From a virus (Duplodnaviria; Heunggongvirae; Uroviricota; Caudoviricetes): 64,000 bases of DNA. The DNA lies in the IMG/VR virus record IMGVR_UViG_3300025896_000021; one strand, written 5' to 3'. Below the pieces are notes generated by a model, which did not search any database, was not told where the DNA came from, and saw nothing but the letters and a program-made list of their open reading frames with translations. This document shows, in pieces, positions 1-10,882 of this stretch. The position numbers and the translations under genes were made by a program. The stretch's first letter is position 1; each line of letters opens with the position of its first letter.

Positions 1-9
1 CAGATCAAA

Positions 10-3000
10 TTGTTTGTTGATACTAAGTTGACTATTCCTGTATTGTCTGCGGATTATACTTTCACTAATACAGTGACTGACTTTGCATTCATACCGGAAC
101 CATTGTCATCAGGCGGCGGATATAAGTACACCGTAACTGCTATTGTCTCTTATGACAATAGAGTATGGCGTTGCTTGATTAGTAACAGTGATGATTATTT
201 TGACTTTGCTAAGTGGGAAGTAATTCCTAGTGATAGCAGATTACTAAACGCACTAGATAGAACTATGGGTTACTATAAACCTACAGTAGATATGCCGGCC
301 AAAGATGTACGTCAATTGTTTACTGGTACTACATTCCCTAATGCAGTTTACTATGGTAACAGCTTTGCTCCCGGAGATGAATTACCTCTAGATGTTGTAT
401 TGAAGGATCAAATCTTCTATCCTAGAGACACTGATATTAAAGCAATTATATTTGATGGTACTTCATACGTAGCTGTAGGAGAAACTGCCACTCACTCTGT
501 TGCATTAATCAGTGATGACGGAACTAACTGGCGCGTCATTAAATTATCAGATCAAAACTTGGGAGTTACTGACATTGTATACTCTGGAATTTACTATGTA
601 ATTTCAACTACGACAATTGCGACACCGGTATTATTAAGTGATGATAAAGTTAATTGGTCAACATTAGGTTCAAACGTAGCATATGACTTTACGCCGTATG
701 GTTATACTGGATTCGACTCACTCGCATTAACCGTGCCTAGTGAAGAAATGTATTCATTGACATATGCGAACGATAAGTTTTTTGCTATTGGTAAAGACAT
801 TGTTTCAAGTGACGACGGTATTACTTGGAACATAGTGTTCAGTTTTGGTAGCGAATTAGACAACCAAATTAAAAACTTGCGCTATGTAAATTCTACCAAC
901 TTTGTTGGTTATATTGCTGTAGGTGGTGGCTATCAAGTCGTAGAAGGCGCCGGCACATCTTCTCCGGTGGTAGAATATAGAGCAAGAATCATCACTGAAG
1001 TCGATTCAGTTTGGAATACTTTCAATCCATCATTCACTGGTAATCAAATGAACACTGTTATCGCATCTAGTGATATCATTGTAGTCGCTGGCGCAAACGG
1101 AGAAATTTGGAATAGCATTAATACTCGTAACTGGATCATGTCAAGTGTCTCCGGTGGAACAGTAACCGCTACATTACGTGACAGTTCATACGGTAACAAT
1201 ATATTTGTTATCGTCGGTGATGCTGGAACAATTCTAAAATCAGTTGATGGCATTTCATGGGGAGTAATTGCAAGCCCGATCTCATTCGACTTGACGGGTA
1301 TTACTTTTGATGGTACGTACTTCTATGCGGTTGGTAATAACGGTGTTATTATTCGTAGTACGAACGGAAGTGCTTGGCAAGATATTTCCTTCATCACAAC
1401 TGATAAAGCATTATATGATATCAAGGGTAGCGAGTACTTGTCAGGGTATGGTCCTGAAGAACTAGTGCCAGGCATCATCAGTGACACGTTATCAATGAAG
1501 GTTACGACTCGTCCTGGATCATATTGGGATAACGATACGTTCACTCAATCATTCTTGTATGGAAATACTGGATTCAATATTGTTTCTGAAATAGTTACAC
1601 CAACTGGAACTACTGCTAGCTTTGATAATTTAGTAGAAAATCCTGCACAACTTTCAGTGTTCATTGTGGACAGTATTACTAAGTTAGGTAATCGTATCTA
1701 TGAAAATTACGGGTATGCTCTTAACTGGATCACTAAGACGATTACATTGTCTACTGCTCTAGTTGCTGGTAAGTCATTATTAGTTGAAGTATACGAAGTT
1801 GGTAATGGTCGTCAGTTAGTAAGAAGCAATTCTCAACTAATGCCGGTGACCATTGATACTACTACCGGGCACTCACAAATAATATTGAATGAAAAAGCAC
1901 AGAACTTAAGTGCTTCAATCATATATCGCAACGGAACAAAATTGGTAAACAACACTGATTATCAAATTGTTACGGTAGCTAACTACATGAAAGTTCTGTT
2001 TAGTACTACATATGACTTATCAGTAGACTATCTATCATTTGCAATTTTAGGTACTGCATTGTCTGAATACAACGCAAATGAATATAGTTATAGCATTCCA
2101 GAGACACAGGTGTTTGTATATACTAGCAGTAATGTGTTCACCTTAACTAATTCGTTAGGTGGCAATAACAATGTTAATGCTATTGTAGAATTGAATGGTC
2201 TACGTCTATTGAGTTCTCAGTATTCTATTAATACTTCTGCCAAGACGTTGACTGTTACTGCGGCATTGGTTGCAACTAATATAGTTGCAACTAATATAGT
2301 TGCTATCACTACGTTTAATGATACACAGCGCCAGTACTTAACTACTGATTCATCAACTAATATGGAGGTAACTGCAATCAATACAATTGACACTACTCAA
2401 GCAGGCGCGGTTCTAGTACTGACTACTAATCTTGGGTTAGTTGATGCAGATACCGTGCAAGTTAATGGTATTATTGGGGCTGATCAACTGAACGGTCGTG
2501 CATATTATGTACAAGTTGGATCCCCTTATGTGATAGACGCAATTACATACTACCAATATGTTCTGTTCAATGATGCTGCATTAACTGATCCTATCTTGAG
2601 TAATAACGTCAACATGTACATCAGCGGTGGATTTGTTTGTAAGACAAGCTCATTGATTGCGCTAACTCCAACTATCATTACTATTGCACTGGATAACTCA
2701 AGTTACACATTTACACCAACAGATTCTAATAGAATTTGGGTGACTGTTAATGGAAAAAGACTTGACTCACATCAAGTTAGTATCGTAGATGATAATGGTA
2801 CATCACGTCTAAACGTGCTAGCACCAGTAGCTACTGGGGATATAGTTATTGCAACTTCTATGGTTTCCGGCGGTACTCCAAACGCAACAGCTTACGGTAT
2901 AACCATCAGCAAGCAAGGTTTTGGAACTATCAGCAACATGAGTGTTAAAAATAGAACTTGGTTAACTGAAGCACTGTATATGTCACAAGATATAATACAT

Positions 3001-3309
3001 TTCAATGATGTATCAAAAATAGTAGATTCTACTACCAAGATGCTGAACTTACACGGTGAGCGAATCAGATTTACTACTGTGGATTATGTAGCAAATACGG
3101 TGTCAGGATTGACACGCGGGGTAGAAGGTACTGGTATTATATCTGTCCACTTGGCCTACAGCTATGTATATGGAATATCTGCTGCGAAGACGCTAGATTC
3201 TTCATATTTCTTCAAGAGTTGGAATACTAAGAACTATACTAGCAGAGGTGATCCTATCCAGTTGAGTAATTCGTATCCTGTAGAATTCTTAGAATTAGGT
3301 ATAAATTAA
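10..3309 (+). CDS. Large virion structural protein (baseplate/tail-associated), probably 5'-truncated; BNR/beta-propeller-like repeats
   Basis: Open from window start; repeated S-x-D-G-x-x-W motifs (SDDGTNW, SDDGITW, SVDGISW, STNGSAW); ends with GERI...L-x-RG-x-x-GT as in large myophage baseplate proteins. Confidence 0.7.
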   Translation: MFVDTKLTIPVLSADYTFTNTVTDFAFIPEPLSSGGGYKYTVTAIVSYDNRVWRCLISNSDDYFDFAKWEVIPSDSRLLNALDRTMGYYKPTVDMPAKDVRQLFTGTTFPNAVYYGNSFAPGDELPLDVVLKDQIFYPRDTDIKAIIFDGTSYVAVGETATHSVALISDDGTNWRVIKLSDQNLGVTDIVYSGIYYVISTTTIATPVLLSDDKVNWSTLGSNVAYDFTPYGYTGFDSLALTVPSEEMYSLTYANDKFFAIGKDIVSSDDGITWNIVFSFGSELDNQIKNLRYVNSTNFVGYIAVGGGYQVVEGAGTSSPVVEYRARIITEVDSVWNTFNPSFTGNQMNTVIASSDIIVVAGANGEIWNSINTRNWIMSSVSGGTVTATLRDSSYGNNIFVIVGDAGTILKSVDGISWGVIASPISFDLTGITFDGTYFYAVGNNGVIIRSTNGSAWQDISFITTDKALYDIKGSEYLSGYGPEELVPGIISDTLSMKVTTRPGSYWDNDTFTQSFLYGNTGFNIVSEIVTPTGTTASFDNLVENPAQLSVFIVDSITKLGNRIYENYGYALNWITKTITLSTALVAGKSLLVEVYEVGNGRQLVRSNSQLMPVTIDTTTGHSQIILNEKAQNLSASIIYRNGTKLVNNTDYQIVTVANYMKVLFSTTYDLSVDYLSFAILGTALSEYNANEYSYSIPETQVFVYTSSNVFTLTNSLGGNNNVNAIVELNGLRLLSSQYSINTSAKTLTVTAALVATNIVATNIVAITTFNDTQRQYLTTDSSTNMEVTAINTIDTTQAGAVLVLTTNLGLVDADTVQVNGIIGADQLNGRAYYVQVGSPYVIDAITYYQYVLFNDAALTDPILSNNVNMYISGGFVCKTSSLIALTPTIITIALDNSSYTFTPTDSNRIWVTVNGKRLDSHQVSIVDDNGTSRLNVLAPVATGDIVIATSMVSGGTPNATAYGITISKQGFGTISNMSVKNRTWLTEALYMSQDIIHFNDVSKIVDSTTKMLNLHGERIRFTTVDYVANTVSGLTRGVEGTGIISVHLAYSYVYGISAAKTLDSSYFFKSWNTKNYTSRGDPIQLSNSYPVEFLELGIN
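2269..2303 (+). repeat. 15-bp in-frame tandem duplication (GTTGCAACTAATATA x2, VATNI x2)
   Basis: Directly visible exact duplication. Confidence 0.9.
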
Positions 3310-3311
3310 AA

Positions 3312-3319
3312 GATAAATA
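3312..3319 (+). promoter_or_regulatory. T4-like late promoter (GATAAATA)
   Basis: Variant of T4 gp55 late consensus TATAAATA. Similar motifs precede genes near 4100, 6354, 22909, 26505, 26991, 30452, 40561, 42157, 44154, 46251 and 48197. Confidence 0.65.
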
Positions 3320-3323
3320 AATT

Positions 3324-3479
3324 ATGAACGATAAACCCATTGATGTAGACGAAAACACTATAGACACTACCCCTGGTCCGACTCCAGACGAGCAGGGAGG
3401 GTTTATTTTTAGCTCAGTTCTGAAAATAACTGATCCTAATACAAAAGAGATTATATTACACATGCGAGGCGACGATTAA
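3324..3479 (+). CDS. Small hypothetical protein (51 aa, MNDKPIDV...KITDPNTKEIILHMRGDD)
   Basis: Not in ORF track; follows late promoter; TAATG overlap with next gene; C-terminus resembles the next gene's N-terminus (LKVYDPNSGEV). Confidence 0.7.
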   Translation: MNDKPIDVDENTIDTTPGPTPDEQGGFIFSSVLKITDPNTKEIILHMRGDD

Positions 3480-4099
3480 TGTCAAAAGTAACGATTCCAA
3501 TTCAAATTGAGGGTTTTCTGAAAGTATACGACCCTAATAGCGGGGAAGTGTTCTATGATGGACATAACGCCATCCACTATGAAAACATCAGTGTAGCTAT
3601 TGCAGATACATTGAGCAGTCGAGGATACGGAAGTATCATCAAAATGGCTTTTGGTAACGGCGGCGCAAGCGTTGACGAAACCGGAGTTATCACATATTTA
3701 CCTACTAATACTATCGGTCAAAATGCTAGCTTGTATAACCAAACTTATACAAAGATTGTTGACGATACCAGCGTTTTAAACACTGATCCTACCCGCAATA
3801 AAATGCTAGTAAGTCACACTACTGGCAAGGTTTATACTGATATTGTTATCGAGGCATTACTAGATTACGGCGAGCCTCCAGGCCAGTTAGCGTTCGACAA
3901 TGGAACTCAGCTAGAATCCGCATTTGTTTTTGACGAAATTGGATTATTAGCAGACTATGGAAGTGATGAGGCAGGCAATGAACTGACCAAATTACTAACT
4001 CATGTCATTTTTCACCCGGTTCAAAAGAGTTTGAACAGACAAATCCAGATAGATTATACCGTTAGAATACAAAGTCTAACCAACTTAATCACAGTTTAA
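3479..4099 (+). CDS. Putative virion structural protein
   Basis: Structural module context; FDEIGL...LLTHVIFHPVQKSLNR motif. Confidence 0.6.
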   Translation: MSKVTIPIQIEGFLKVYDPNSGEVFYDGHNAIHYENISVAIADTLSSRGYGSIIKMAFGNGGASVDETGVITYLPTNTIGQNASLYNQTYTKIVDDTSVLNTDPTRNKMLVSHTTGKVYTDIVIEALLDYGEPPGQLAFDNGTQLESAFVFDEIGLLADYGSDEAGNELTKLLTHVIFHPVQKSLNRQIQIDYTVRIQSLTNLITV

Positions 4100-4131
4100 G
4101 ATAAATATTACATAAAGCGGAGCAACATAGA

Positions 4132-5349
4132 ATGGCTTATACAATTATTAGAAGTAATGGAACGACACTGACTACAATTCAGGATGGAACCATTAACACC
4201 ACTAGCACTTCACTAGGATTACCTGGTAGAAATTACGCAGGGTACGGACAAACTTTAAACACTAACTTTGTCAGATTGACAGAGAATTTTGCGTATGATA
4301 CTCCACCAGCAAACCCCTTAAAAGGTCAGTTGTGGTATAACACTACCGCAGGGACATTAAACGTCTGCCCCACAGACGGCCTTACTACTATTTCAAGCTG
4401 GCTAACACTAGCTAGCACGAATTCAGGTGGTAATACTACTCTAGGAAACGTAGTCGTTACTGGTAACGTATCTGCAACTAATTTTATTGCATCTGACGCA
4501 ATTGTCGGAGACACTATTACAGTTCGTTTAGCGACAGTATCAGATACACTATCCGCTGCGATAGCAACTATCACTAGCGCATCTATTCCAAGTTTAAACA
4601 CTCAAACAATCACTACCGGTAGTCAAACTACTTCAGGTGCATTGACTGGTAGTTGGACTGTATTGGGTAATAATGCTACTGGTGGTAATTCATTCAGTGT
4701 TACAGCAGGTAACATTGCATTCCCTTCAGCTAGCACACACGGTATTAAGTGTGACAAGTATATGTACGCAAACGGTGCAAACTTTAACCCATCAGGTACA
4801 TTCAATAGCTCAAATGTAAGTGACTATTTGACTGGAGCAAATAGCGTAGCTCAGTTTACTGGTAACATTGCCCCTGCTGGTATCACTACTAGTAGCATTT
4901 CAGGCGGCGGCGCAATCAATGGTATCTGGACATTAGGTGTCGGTGCTCGTTTGCAAGCAACTTATGCTGACTTGGCCGAACGCTTCGCAGCCGATGCCGA
5001 ATACGAGCCGGGAACAGTAGTTGAACTAGGTGGTGAAAAAGAAGTCACTGCGGTAGTAGCTGATCTATCTGACACAGTATTTGGTGTAGTAAGTAACACT
5101 GCTGCTCTTATGATGAACAGTGTTGCAGGGGATGACAAAACTCATCCACCAATCGCTATGAGTGGGCGTGTTAATGTTAAAGTAACTGGCCCAGTTAAAA
5201 AAGGTGAACGACTTGTAAGCGCAGGCAATGGAATGGCACGTGCTGCACAGCCCGGCGAAATTACTGCTTTCAATACAATCGGACGAGCACTTGCAAACAA
5301 ACTAGATGATGGTGTAGGCAAAGTAGAAGCTGTCGTAACTATTATCTAA
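4132..5349 (+). CDS. Tail fiber-like protein with C-terminal YADLAE (intramolecular chaperone/peptidase G2-like) domain
   Basis: N-terminal G-x-NY-x-GYG...ENFA...P-x-x-GQLWY; C-terminal YADLAE...GTVV...GRV-x-VKV. Confidence 0.65.
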   Translation: MAYTIIRSNGTTLTTIQDGTINTTSTSLGLPGRNYAGYGQTLNTNFVRLTENFAYDTPPANPLKGQLWYNTTAGTLNVCPTDGLTTISSWLTLASTNSGGNTTLGNVVVTGNVSATNFIASDAIVGDTITVRLATVSDTLSAAIATITSASIPSLNTQTITTGSQTTSGALTGSWTVLGNNATGGNSFSVTAGNIAFPSASTHGIKCDKYMYANGANFNPSGTFNSSNVSDYLTGANSVAQFTGNIAPAGITTSSISGGGAINGIWTLGVGARLQATYADLAERFAADAEYEPGTVVELGGEKEVTAVVADLSDTVFGVVSNTAALMMNSVAGDDKTHPPIAMSGRVNVKVTGPVKKGERLVSAGNGMARAAQPGEITAFNTIGRALANKLDDGVGKVEAVVTII

Positions 5350-5358
5350 GGATTCGTA

Positions 5359-6330
5359 ATGGCATATTCAAAATATGGTAAAATAGAAGCCAAAGACTTC
5401 AATGATGATATTAAAGGTAGTACAACTAGTACTGCATCAACTAATATCAATTCAGTGTGGTCTGTTGGCAATAGTAAGGGTGGGTACGGTCAAACGGCAG
5501 TACCGAGTATCACTGTTACTGGAAAAGTTACTGCTACTGAATGGGCTGCTATAATTTCTACAGTTGCTAACACTGCAAGTCATCAGGGCACCCCTATCAC
5601 TGCTATCACTGCACCTACGACAGGTAGTCCTGTAGTATATTATGCTGCGTTACCGGTTAACATTACTAACGTGTATGCTGGTAAAAATAATGCAGCGGCA
5701 CAAGGTTCTTCGATAACAGGTACTGTTACCAATGCTACCACTTGGTACAATGCTATAACATTTACGCAAACTGTTACTTTTGCGTCGGGGGATGCGGCAC
5801 GATATTTCTTTAATGCCGGCGGTCAGATTGCGCTAACCTTTGCTCATCCTACTGGAAGCGGCATTAATGGATTATTCAACGCATTGGGTACTTCATGTGG
5901 TACTATAGTTGTTAGTAGTCCTAATACAGGCACTGCTACGATTGCTGCTACTAATTATAATGGTATAACCAAAGTCGGCGGAGCTGGAACAGTAACTACT
6001 TTATTACCAAACGTTGGCTACTGGGGTCTAACTACTACTAACCAAGAAGTGTTCAAGCAGTTTGGCGGCTCATTTACTAATCCTATCCCAGGTGGCGGCA
6101 CATACAGTCAGAACTTTTTGTCAGTAAACGTTAAAACAAATGGCGCTCAAGGAAGTAACGGTGATAATGGATCAATTATTACAATCACTACTACTTGGGA
6201 TGAAGTACCTAATGGATTGGTAGCATCTGCTGGTACTGCGGTAACAGCAACCGTCAAGCCACCGTCAACTACTTACATCACAAACACTTGGGGAACTCCG
6301 GCAATTGCTGGATCAGTCACTGGCCAGTAA
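5359..6330 (+). CDS. Virion structural protein (Thr/Gly-rich)
   Basis: ARYFFNAGG motif; composition and position. Confidence 0.55.
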   Translation: MAYSKYGKIEAKDFNDDIKGSTTSTASTNINSVWSVGNSKGGYGQTAVPSITVTGKVTATEWAAIISTVANTASHQGTPITAITAPTTGSPVVYYAALPVNITNVYAGKNNAAAQGSSITGTVTNATTWYNAITFTQTVTFASGDAARYFFNAGGQIALTFAHPTGSGINGLFNALGTSCGTIVVSSPNTGTATIAATNYNGITKVGGAGTVTTLLPNVGYWGLTTTNQEVFKQFGGSFTNPIPGGGTYSQNFLSVNVKTNGAQGSNGDNGSIITITTTWDEVPNGLVASAGTAVTATVKPPSTTYITNTWGTPAIAGSVTGQ

Positions 6331-6376
6331 AATAAAGCATGTGTTAGTATCCATCTAAATACTCGTAGGAGTGTTC

Positions 6377-6682
6377 ATGGATACTAAACAACTTATCACC
6401 GAAGCAAAAGCTCGCTTCAATCACAACTCAGCAAAAGCATATCTAAAAGACAAATACGAAAGTAAGTTGTCCGTCGCCGATCAGGGTGGTTTATGGGTAG
6501 CTACAGTAGAACTAATCTCGTTCTTAACCATCAGCACCATGGATCATGTAGTCTTGTTAGATACATATTCTAATCCTGTCAAAGTAAATAGGGCAGCGTT
6601 ACTCACCAAACTAGACAAAACTTATACCTATGTTATGGATCAATGGCATACTGAATGGGCAGCACTAGAGAAGAAGCGATGA
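6377..6682 (+). CDS. Hypothetical protein
   Basis: AGGA RBS; late promoter-like CTAAATA upstream. Confidence 0.7.
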   Translation: MDTKQLITEAKARFNHNSAKAYLKDKYESKLSVADQGGLWVATVELISFLTISTMDHVVLLDTYSNPVKVNRAALLTKLDKTYTYVMDQWHTEWAALEKKR

Positions 6683-7470
6683 GCAAAGGTGTATTATTAT
6701 TCGCATTTAACAATGACAAAGTAGATTATTATGCAATGGCAATTGCTACTGCTAAACGTGCGAATCAGTTTTTAAATTTACCGGTAACTGTTATAACCGA
6801 TGCGTCTACTGACATGTCAAAGTATGATTACGAGTTTGACAATGTTGTCATAGTTGAAGCTGACAGAACTAATCTCAATGCACAGAATGAAGTATGGATA
6901 AACAAAGGTAGATACCAAGCGTACAATCTAAGTCCATATGACGAAACATTACTACTAGATACAGATTATCTAATCAACAGCAATACATTGTTGAAACCAT
7001 TCGAATTATACGATGACTTCATGTGTCACAATCGGACTAGCTTTCTAATGATTCCAAATCACTATCAAGAGATGATAAGTGATCAGTCTTACCCTACGTT
7101 ATGGGCTACCGTGATCTATTTTAAAAAGACTGCAAAGACTAAGCAGATTTTTGAATGCATGGAAATGATTCAAAAGAACTATCGTCATTACACAACATTG
7201 TACCACATGACCGTGGGCAACTTTAGAAATGACTTTGCACTAACCATTGCACTACGAATCGTGTGTGGACAGACTGACGATAGTAGTCATTACATCCCGT
7301 GGAACTTAGTACACGTTGGAAAGAACACCCATGTGTACCGAGACTCAGATACAATGTATACTGTCATATATGATAACTGGCAACGAGGTAAGATAAAAAA
7401 AGAGTATAGCATTGTAACTGATACTGACTTTCACCTGTTGAACAAAGAAAACTTTATGGAGTTGATATGA
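6679..7470 (+). CDS. GT-A fold glycosyltransferase-like protein
   Basis: SPYDETLLLDTD (DxD motif); ATGA overlap. Confidence 0.6.
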   Translation: MSKGVLLFAFNNDKVDYYAMAIATAKRANQFLNLPVTVITDASTDMSKYDYEFDNVVIVEADRTNLNAQNEVWINKGRYQAYNLSPYDETLLLDTDYLINSNTLLKPFELYDDFMCHNRTSFLMIPNHYQEMISDQSYPTLWATVIYFKKTAKTKQIFECMEMIQKNYRHYTTLYHMTVGNFRNDFALTIALRIVCGQTDDSSHYIPWNLVHVGKNTHVYRDSDTMYTVIYDNWQRGKIKKEYSIVTDTDFHLLNKENFMELI

Positions 7471-8192
7471 GAGGGTTCGTGATAATGGCTCAGAATACTG
7501 AGACAACTGATTACGTAAAGTGCGCAGAAGCATTATCTAAAAGTATCAAGCAAGCGATGCCTGACGCCAATGTGACTATCATTACTGAGTTACCATTAAA
7601 ACTTGACGGCTTTGCTAACGATTGGCAGGTATACAATGCTAGCCCCTACGAGTATACAATCAAACTAGAAGCTGATATGTTTATCCCTACTGACATAAGC
7701 TACTGGTGGGATGTGTTGCAGGATAGAGACTTGGTGTTGTGTACGACTATACGAAACTTCAAAGGAGAAGTATCAGACGTGATGGCTTATCGTCAATTCA
7801 TCACTGACAATGAATTGCCCAACATCTACAATGCTATCACTTACTTTAAGAAATCAAGTATTGCTCAACAATTCTTTAACTTAGTCAATGACATCTTCAC
7901 AAACTGGGAAGACTACAAGAAAATCTTAAAGTGCGATATTAATGAACCAGCGTCTACTGATTGGGTATACGCCATTGCTTCACACTTGATGGGCGTAGAA
8001 CAGACAACGCTCCCCACGTTCACTCAAATGAGCATGGTGCATATGAAGCAACACATTAATGGATTGATAACAGAAGATTGGACTAAAGAACTAGTAACTG
8101 AGTTCCATGCTGACGTGCTGAAAGTCAACACAATCGTACAAAGATACCCCTTTCATTATTATGTCAAAGAATTTGTTGAGGTAATAGTATGA
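7467..8192 (+). CDS. Glycosyltransferase-like paralog
   Basis: SPYEYTIKLEAD parallels the upstream gene, with ExD in place of DxD; shared YFKK motif. Confidence 0.55.
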   Translation: MRGFVIMAQNTETTDYVKCAEALSKSIKQAMPDANVTIITELPLKLDGFANDWQVYNASPYEYTIKLEADMFIPTDISYWWDVLQDRDLVLCTTIRNFKGEVSDVMAYRQFITDNELPNIYNAITYFKKSSIAQQFFNLVNDIFTNWEDYKKILKCDINEPASTDWVYAIASHLMGVEQTTLPTFTQMSMVHMKQHINGLITEDWTKELVTEFHADVLKVNTIVQRYPFHYYVKEFVEVIV

Positions 8193-8536
8193 CCGATGAC
8201 ACATCACAACTCTTTTGGGAAGTTAAAGCACCCGAATCAGTAGAGTTTAGGTTGTATTATGATGACAAAGGTAGTATAATAACTTATACCTGTGAGAAGC
8301 TACCGGGTAACTATCTTGTAATTGATGCCCAAGTGTTTGCTGAATGCAGACCTGATCTTACTGTAGTGAACGGCATGCTAGTCAAACTTGTACCTGAAGT
8401 GTTTCTTTCATTACTAGCTAAGTCTGATTCAGGAACTAAGTGTGCAAGCGATGATGTTTCGATAATAGTATCGGATGACTACGAAGGTAATATCACACAT
8501 TGGGACCTAAAAAGATATGAGTACAAATATAGTTGA
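8189..8536 (+). CDS. Hypothetical protein
   Basis: Coupled ORF in operon. Confidence 0.65.
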   Translation: MTDDTSQLFWEVKAPESVEFRLYYDDKGSIITYTCEKLPGNYLVIDAQVFAECRPDLTVVNGMLVKLVPEVFLSLLAKSDSGTKCASDDVSIIVSDDYEGNITHWDLKRYEYKYS

Positions 8537-9464
8537 TGTAGCAGATTTAGATTGCATCTACCTAAGCTATGATGAACCGCAGAAGGAAGAATTCTGGGTT
8601 AAGATTAAGAACATGGTGCCTTGGGCACAACGAGTAGATGGTGTCAAGGGTAGTGATGCAGCACACAAAGCCGCTGCAGAGGCAAGCGACACTGAACGAT
8701 TTATCTTAATCGACGGGGACAACATGCCCAATGAGTCTTTCTTCAATATGCAGTTAGACTTCACTGACAAAGACAAGAACTATGAACTAGCGCAGTATCG
8801 TTGGAAAGCTATCAACAGCGTTAACGGATTACGTTATGGCAACGGTGGCATGAGTTCATGGACAAAATCTTATGTAATGAACATGAAGACCCATGAAGCT
8901 AGCGACGGCAATGACAACAACACAGTAGACTTTTGTTTAGACAGTAGCGACAACTTGTATTGGTCAATGCATGATTGCTACTCTACTACCTATCCCAACA
9001 TGACAAGTTTTCAAGCATGGCGTGCAGGGTTTCGTGAAGGTGTCAAGATGTGTCTAGTCAACGGAGCAAAGCCTTCAGTTGAACAGTTTAAAGATAGTGT
9101 TGCGAATAGGAACATGAACAACTTGACGATCTGGCACAACGTGGGCATGGATGCAGAGAATGGTGACTGGGCAATGTATGGTGCTAGACTAGGAACATAC
9201 ATGACTATGCTTACTGATTGGAATCCACAAGAAGTTCAATGGTTTGACAACTTTGCAAAACTATGGGACGAATACAAAGATAGAGATCCAAGATTCTCTA
9301 GTGAATTCTTTGGTGGAGCATTGGGTGACAAATTAGGATTGCCTATCTGTACACTAAATGCAGAACAAAGTAAATTCTTTAAACGTCACTATAACACTGA
9401 CAAACACAACATGGGTCCTCTCGTTAGAGAGATGGACGTAATTAGAAACATAGAGGGCTGGTAA
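8517..9464 (+). CDS. GT2-like nucleotide-sugar transferase
   Basis: ILIDGDN DxD motif; AWRAGFREGVKM; related to the C-terminal domain of 19380..22874. Confidence 0.55.
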   Translation: MSTNIVDVADLDCIYLSYDEPQKEEFWVKIKNMVPWAQRVDGVKGSDAAHKAAAEASDTERFILIDGDNMPNESFFNMQLDFTDKDKNYELAQYRWKAINSVNGLRYGNGGMSSWTKSYVMNMKTHEASDGNDNNTVDFCLDSSDNLYWSMHDCYSTTYPNMTSFQAWRAGFREGVKMCLVNGAKPSVEQFKDSVANRNMNNLTIWHNVGMDAENGDWAMYGARLGTYMTMLTDWNPQEVQWFDNFAKLWDEYKDRDPRFSSEFFGGALGDKLGLPICTLNAEQSKFFKRHYNTDKHNMGPLVREMDVIRNIEGW

Positions 9465-10882
9465 TGTCAGACTTAGACGGTAATTATAAAAAGCATCTTT
9501 TAGATGTTAAACAAAAAGTTGATGCAGTCAGTGATAGCTTCTGTGCAGCTAAATGGAAGCAAGTAACGATTCACTTGCAGAATGGTCATACTCATAGTTG
9601 CCATCACCCAAAGACTCACGTAGTCCCGTTGGATGAGATTGCAATTAATCCGTCAGCATTGCACAACACTAACTTTAAAAAAGAACAACGCAAGATGATG
9701 CTTGAAGGTAGTCGTCCAAGTGAATGTGACTACTGCTGGAGAGTAGAAGATAGCAACAAGGACAACGATGTATTCAGTGACAGATACACTAAGAGCGCAG
9801 ACCCTTGGGCAGCACCCTTCATTGAAGAAATTGCTAGCAAGAAATGGGATGACAACGTTGATCCTAGTTATGTAGAGGTAGCATTTAGTAGCACGTGTAA
9901 TTTCAAGTGCAGCTATTGCAGCCCTGACGTTAGCAGCAAGTGGATGGAAGAAATTGAACGCTATGGAGCATATCCTACGAGCACTAACTTCAATAACTTA
10001 GACAACATTAGTCAAGCTAAGAAGATTCCTATCAGAAACAAAGACTACAACCCGTATGTTGAATCATTCTGGAAGTGGTGGCCACAACTGTATACTAGTC
10101 TAAAGACATTTAGAATCACAGGTGGAGAGCCATTACTAGCTAAAGATACGTTTCAAGTGCTTGACTATATCATTGAGCATCCTAACCCAGAACTTGAACT
10201 GAATATCAACAGTAACTTGTGCGTACCTGACGAGTTATTAAAGAAGTTTGTAGAGAAGATGAAACGTATTCAGGGTGAAGGACTTATCAAAGAGTTTAAG
10301 CTATATACCTCTGCTGAGGCACATGGTAAAAAAGCCGAGTACATCCGTAACGGACTAGACTACAACAAATGGTTAGACAACTGCAACTATGTATTGCGTG
10401 ATATTCCACAGAGTAAGTTAACTGTGATGGCTACTTACAATGCATTGAGTGTGACAAGTTTCACTCCATTCATGCAAGATATTCTAGACTTACGCAACAC
10501 ATACAACACAGGTGCTGACAGACGCAACCCGGTATCACTTGATACACCTTACTTGCGTTGGCCTTGGCATCAAAGTATGTTCATTCTTACTCCTGACTAT
10601 CTTCCTCAGATTCAAGATCAGGTTACGTTTATGTATCGCAACAAAGAACACATGATGTGGCCACCTACATGTGGTTATGGATTCTACGAACACGAGATTA
10701 ATAGAATGGAACGACTGTACTATGTCGCCAGGGATGAAAAGATCCCTGAGTTAGAACTGATTCGTAATCGCAAAGACTTTGTATCATTTGTAGATGAACA
10801 TGACAAGCGCAGGGGTACAGACTTCTTAGGTACTTTCCCTGAGATGGAAGAATTTTATAGAATGGCTAAAGAATTAAAATGA
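9464..10882 (+). CDS. Radical SAM protein with N-terminal twitch/SPASM-like domain
   Basis: CNFKCSYC (CxxxCxxC), TGGEP, N-terminal FC...SCH...ECDYCW. Confidence 0.9.
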   Translation: MSDLDGNYKKHLLDVKQKVDAVSDSFCAAKWKQVTIHLQNGHTHSCHHPKTHVVPLDEIAINPSALHNTNFKKEQRKMMLEGSRPSECDYCWRVEDSNKDNDVFSDRYTKSADPWAAPFIEEIASKKWDDNVDPSYVEVAFSSTCNFKCSYCSPDVSSKWMEEIERYGAYPTSTNFNNLDNISQAKKIPIRNKDYNPYVESFWKWWPQLYTSLKTFRITGGEPLLAKDTFQVLDYIIEHPNPELELNINSNLCVPDELLKKFVEKMKRIQGEGLIKEFKLYTSAEAHGKKAEYIRNGLDYNKWLDNCNYVLRDIPQSKLTVMATYNALSVTSFTPFMQDILDLRNTYNTGADRRNPVSLDTPYLRWPWHQSMFILTPDYLPQIQDQVTFMYRNKEHMMWPPTCGYGFYEHEINRMERLYYVARDEKIPELELIRNRKDFVSFVDEHDKRRGTDFLGTFPEMEEFYRMAKELK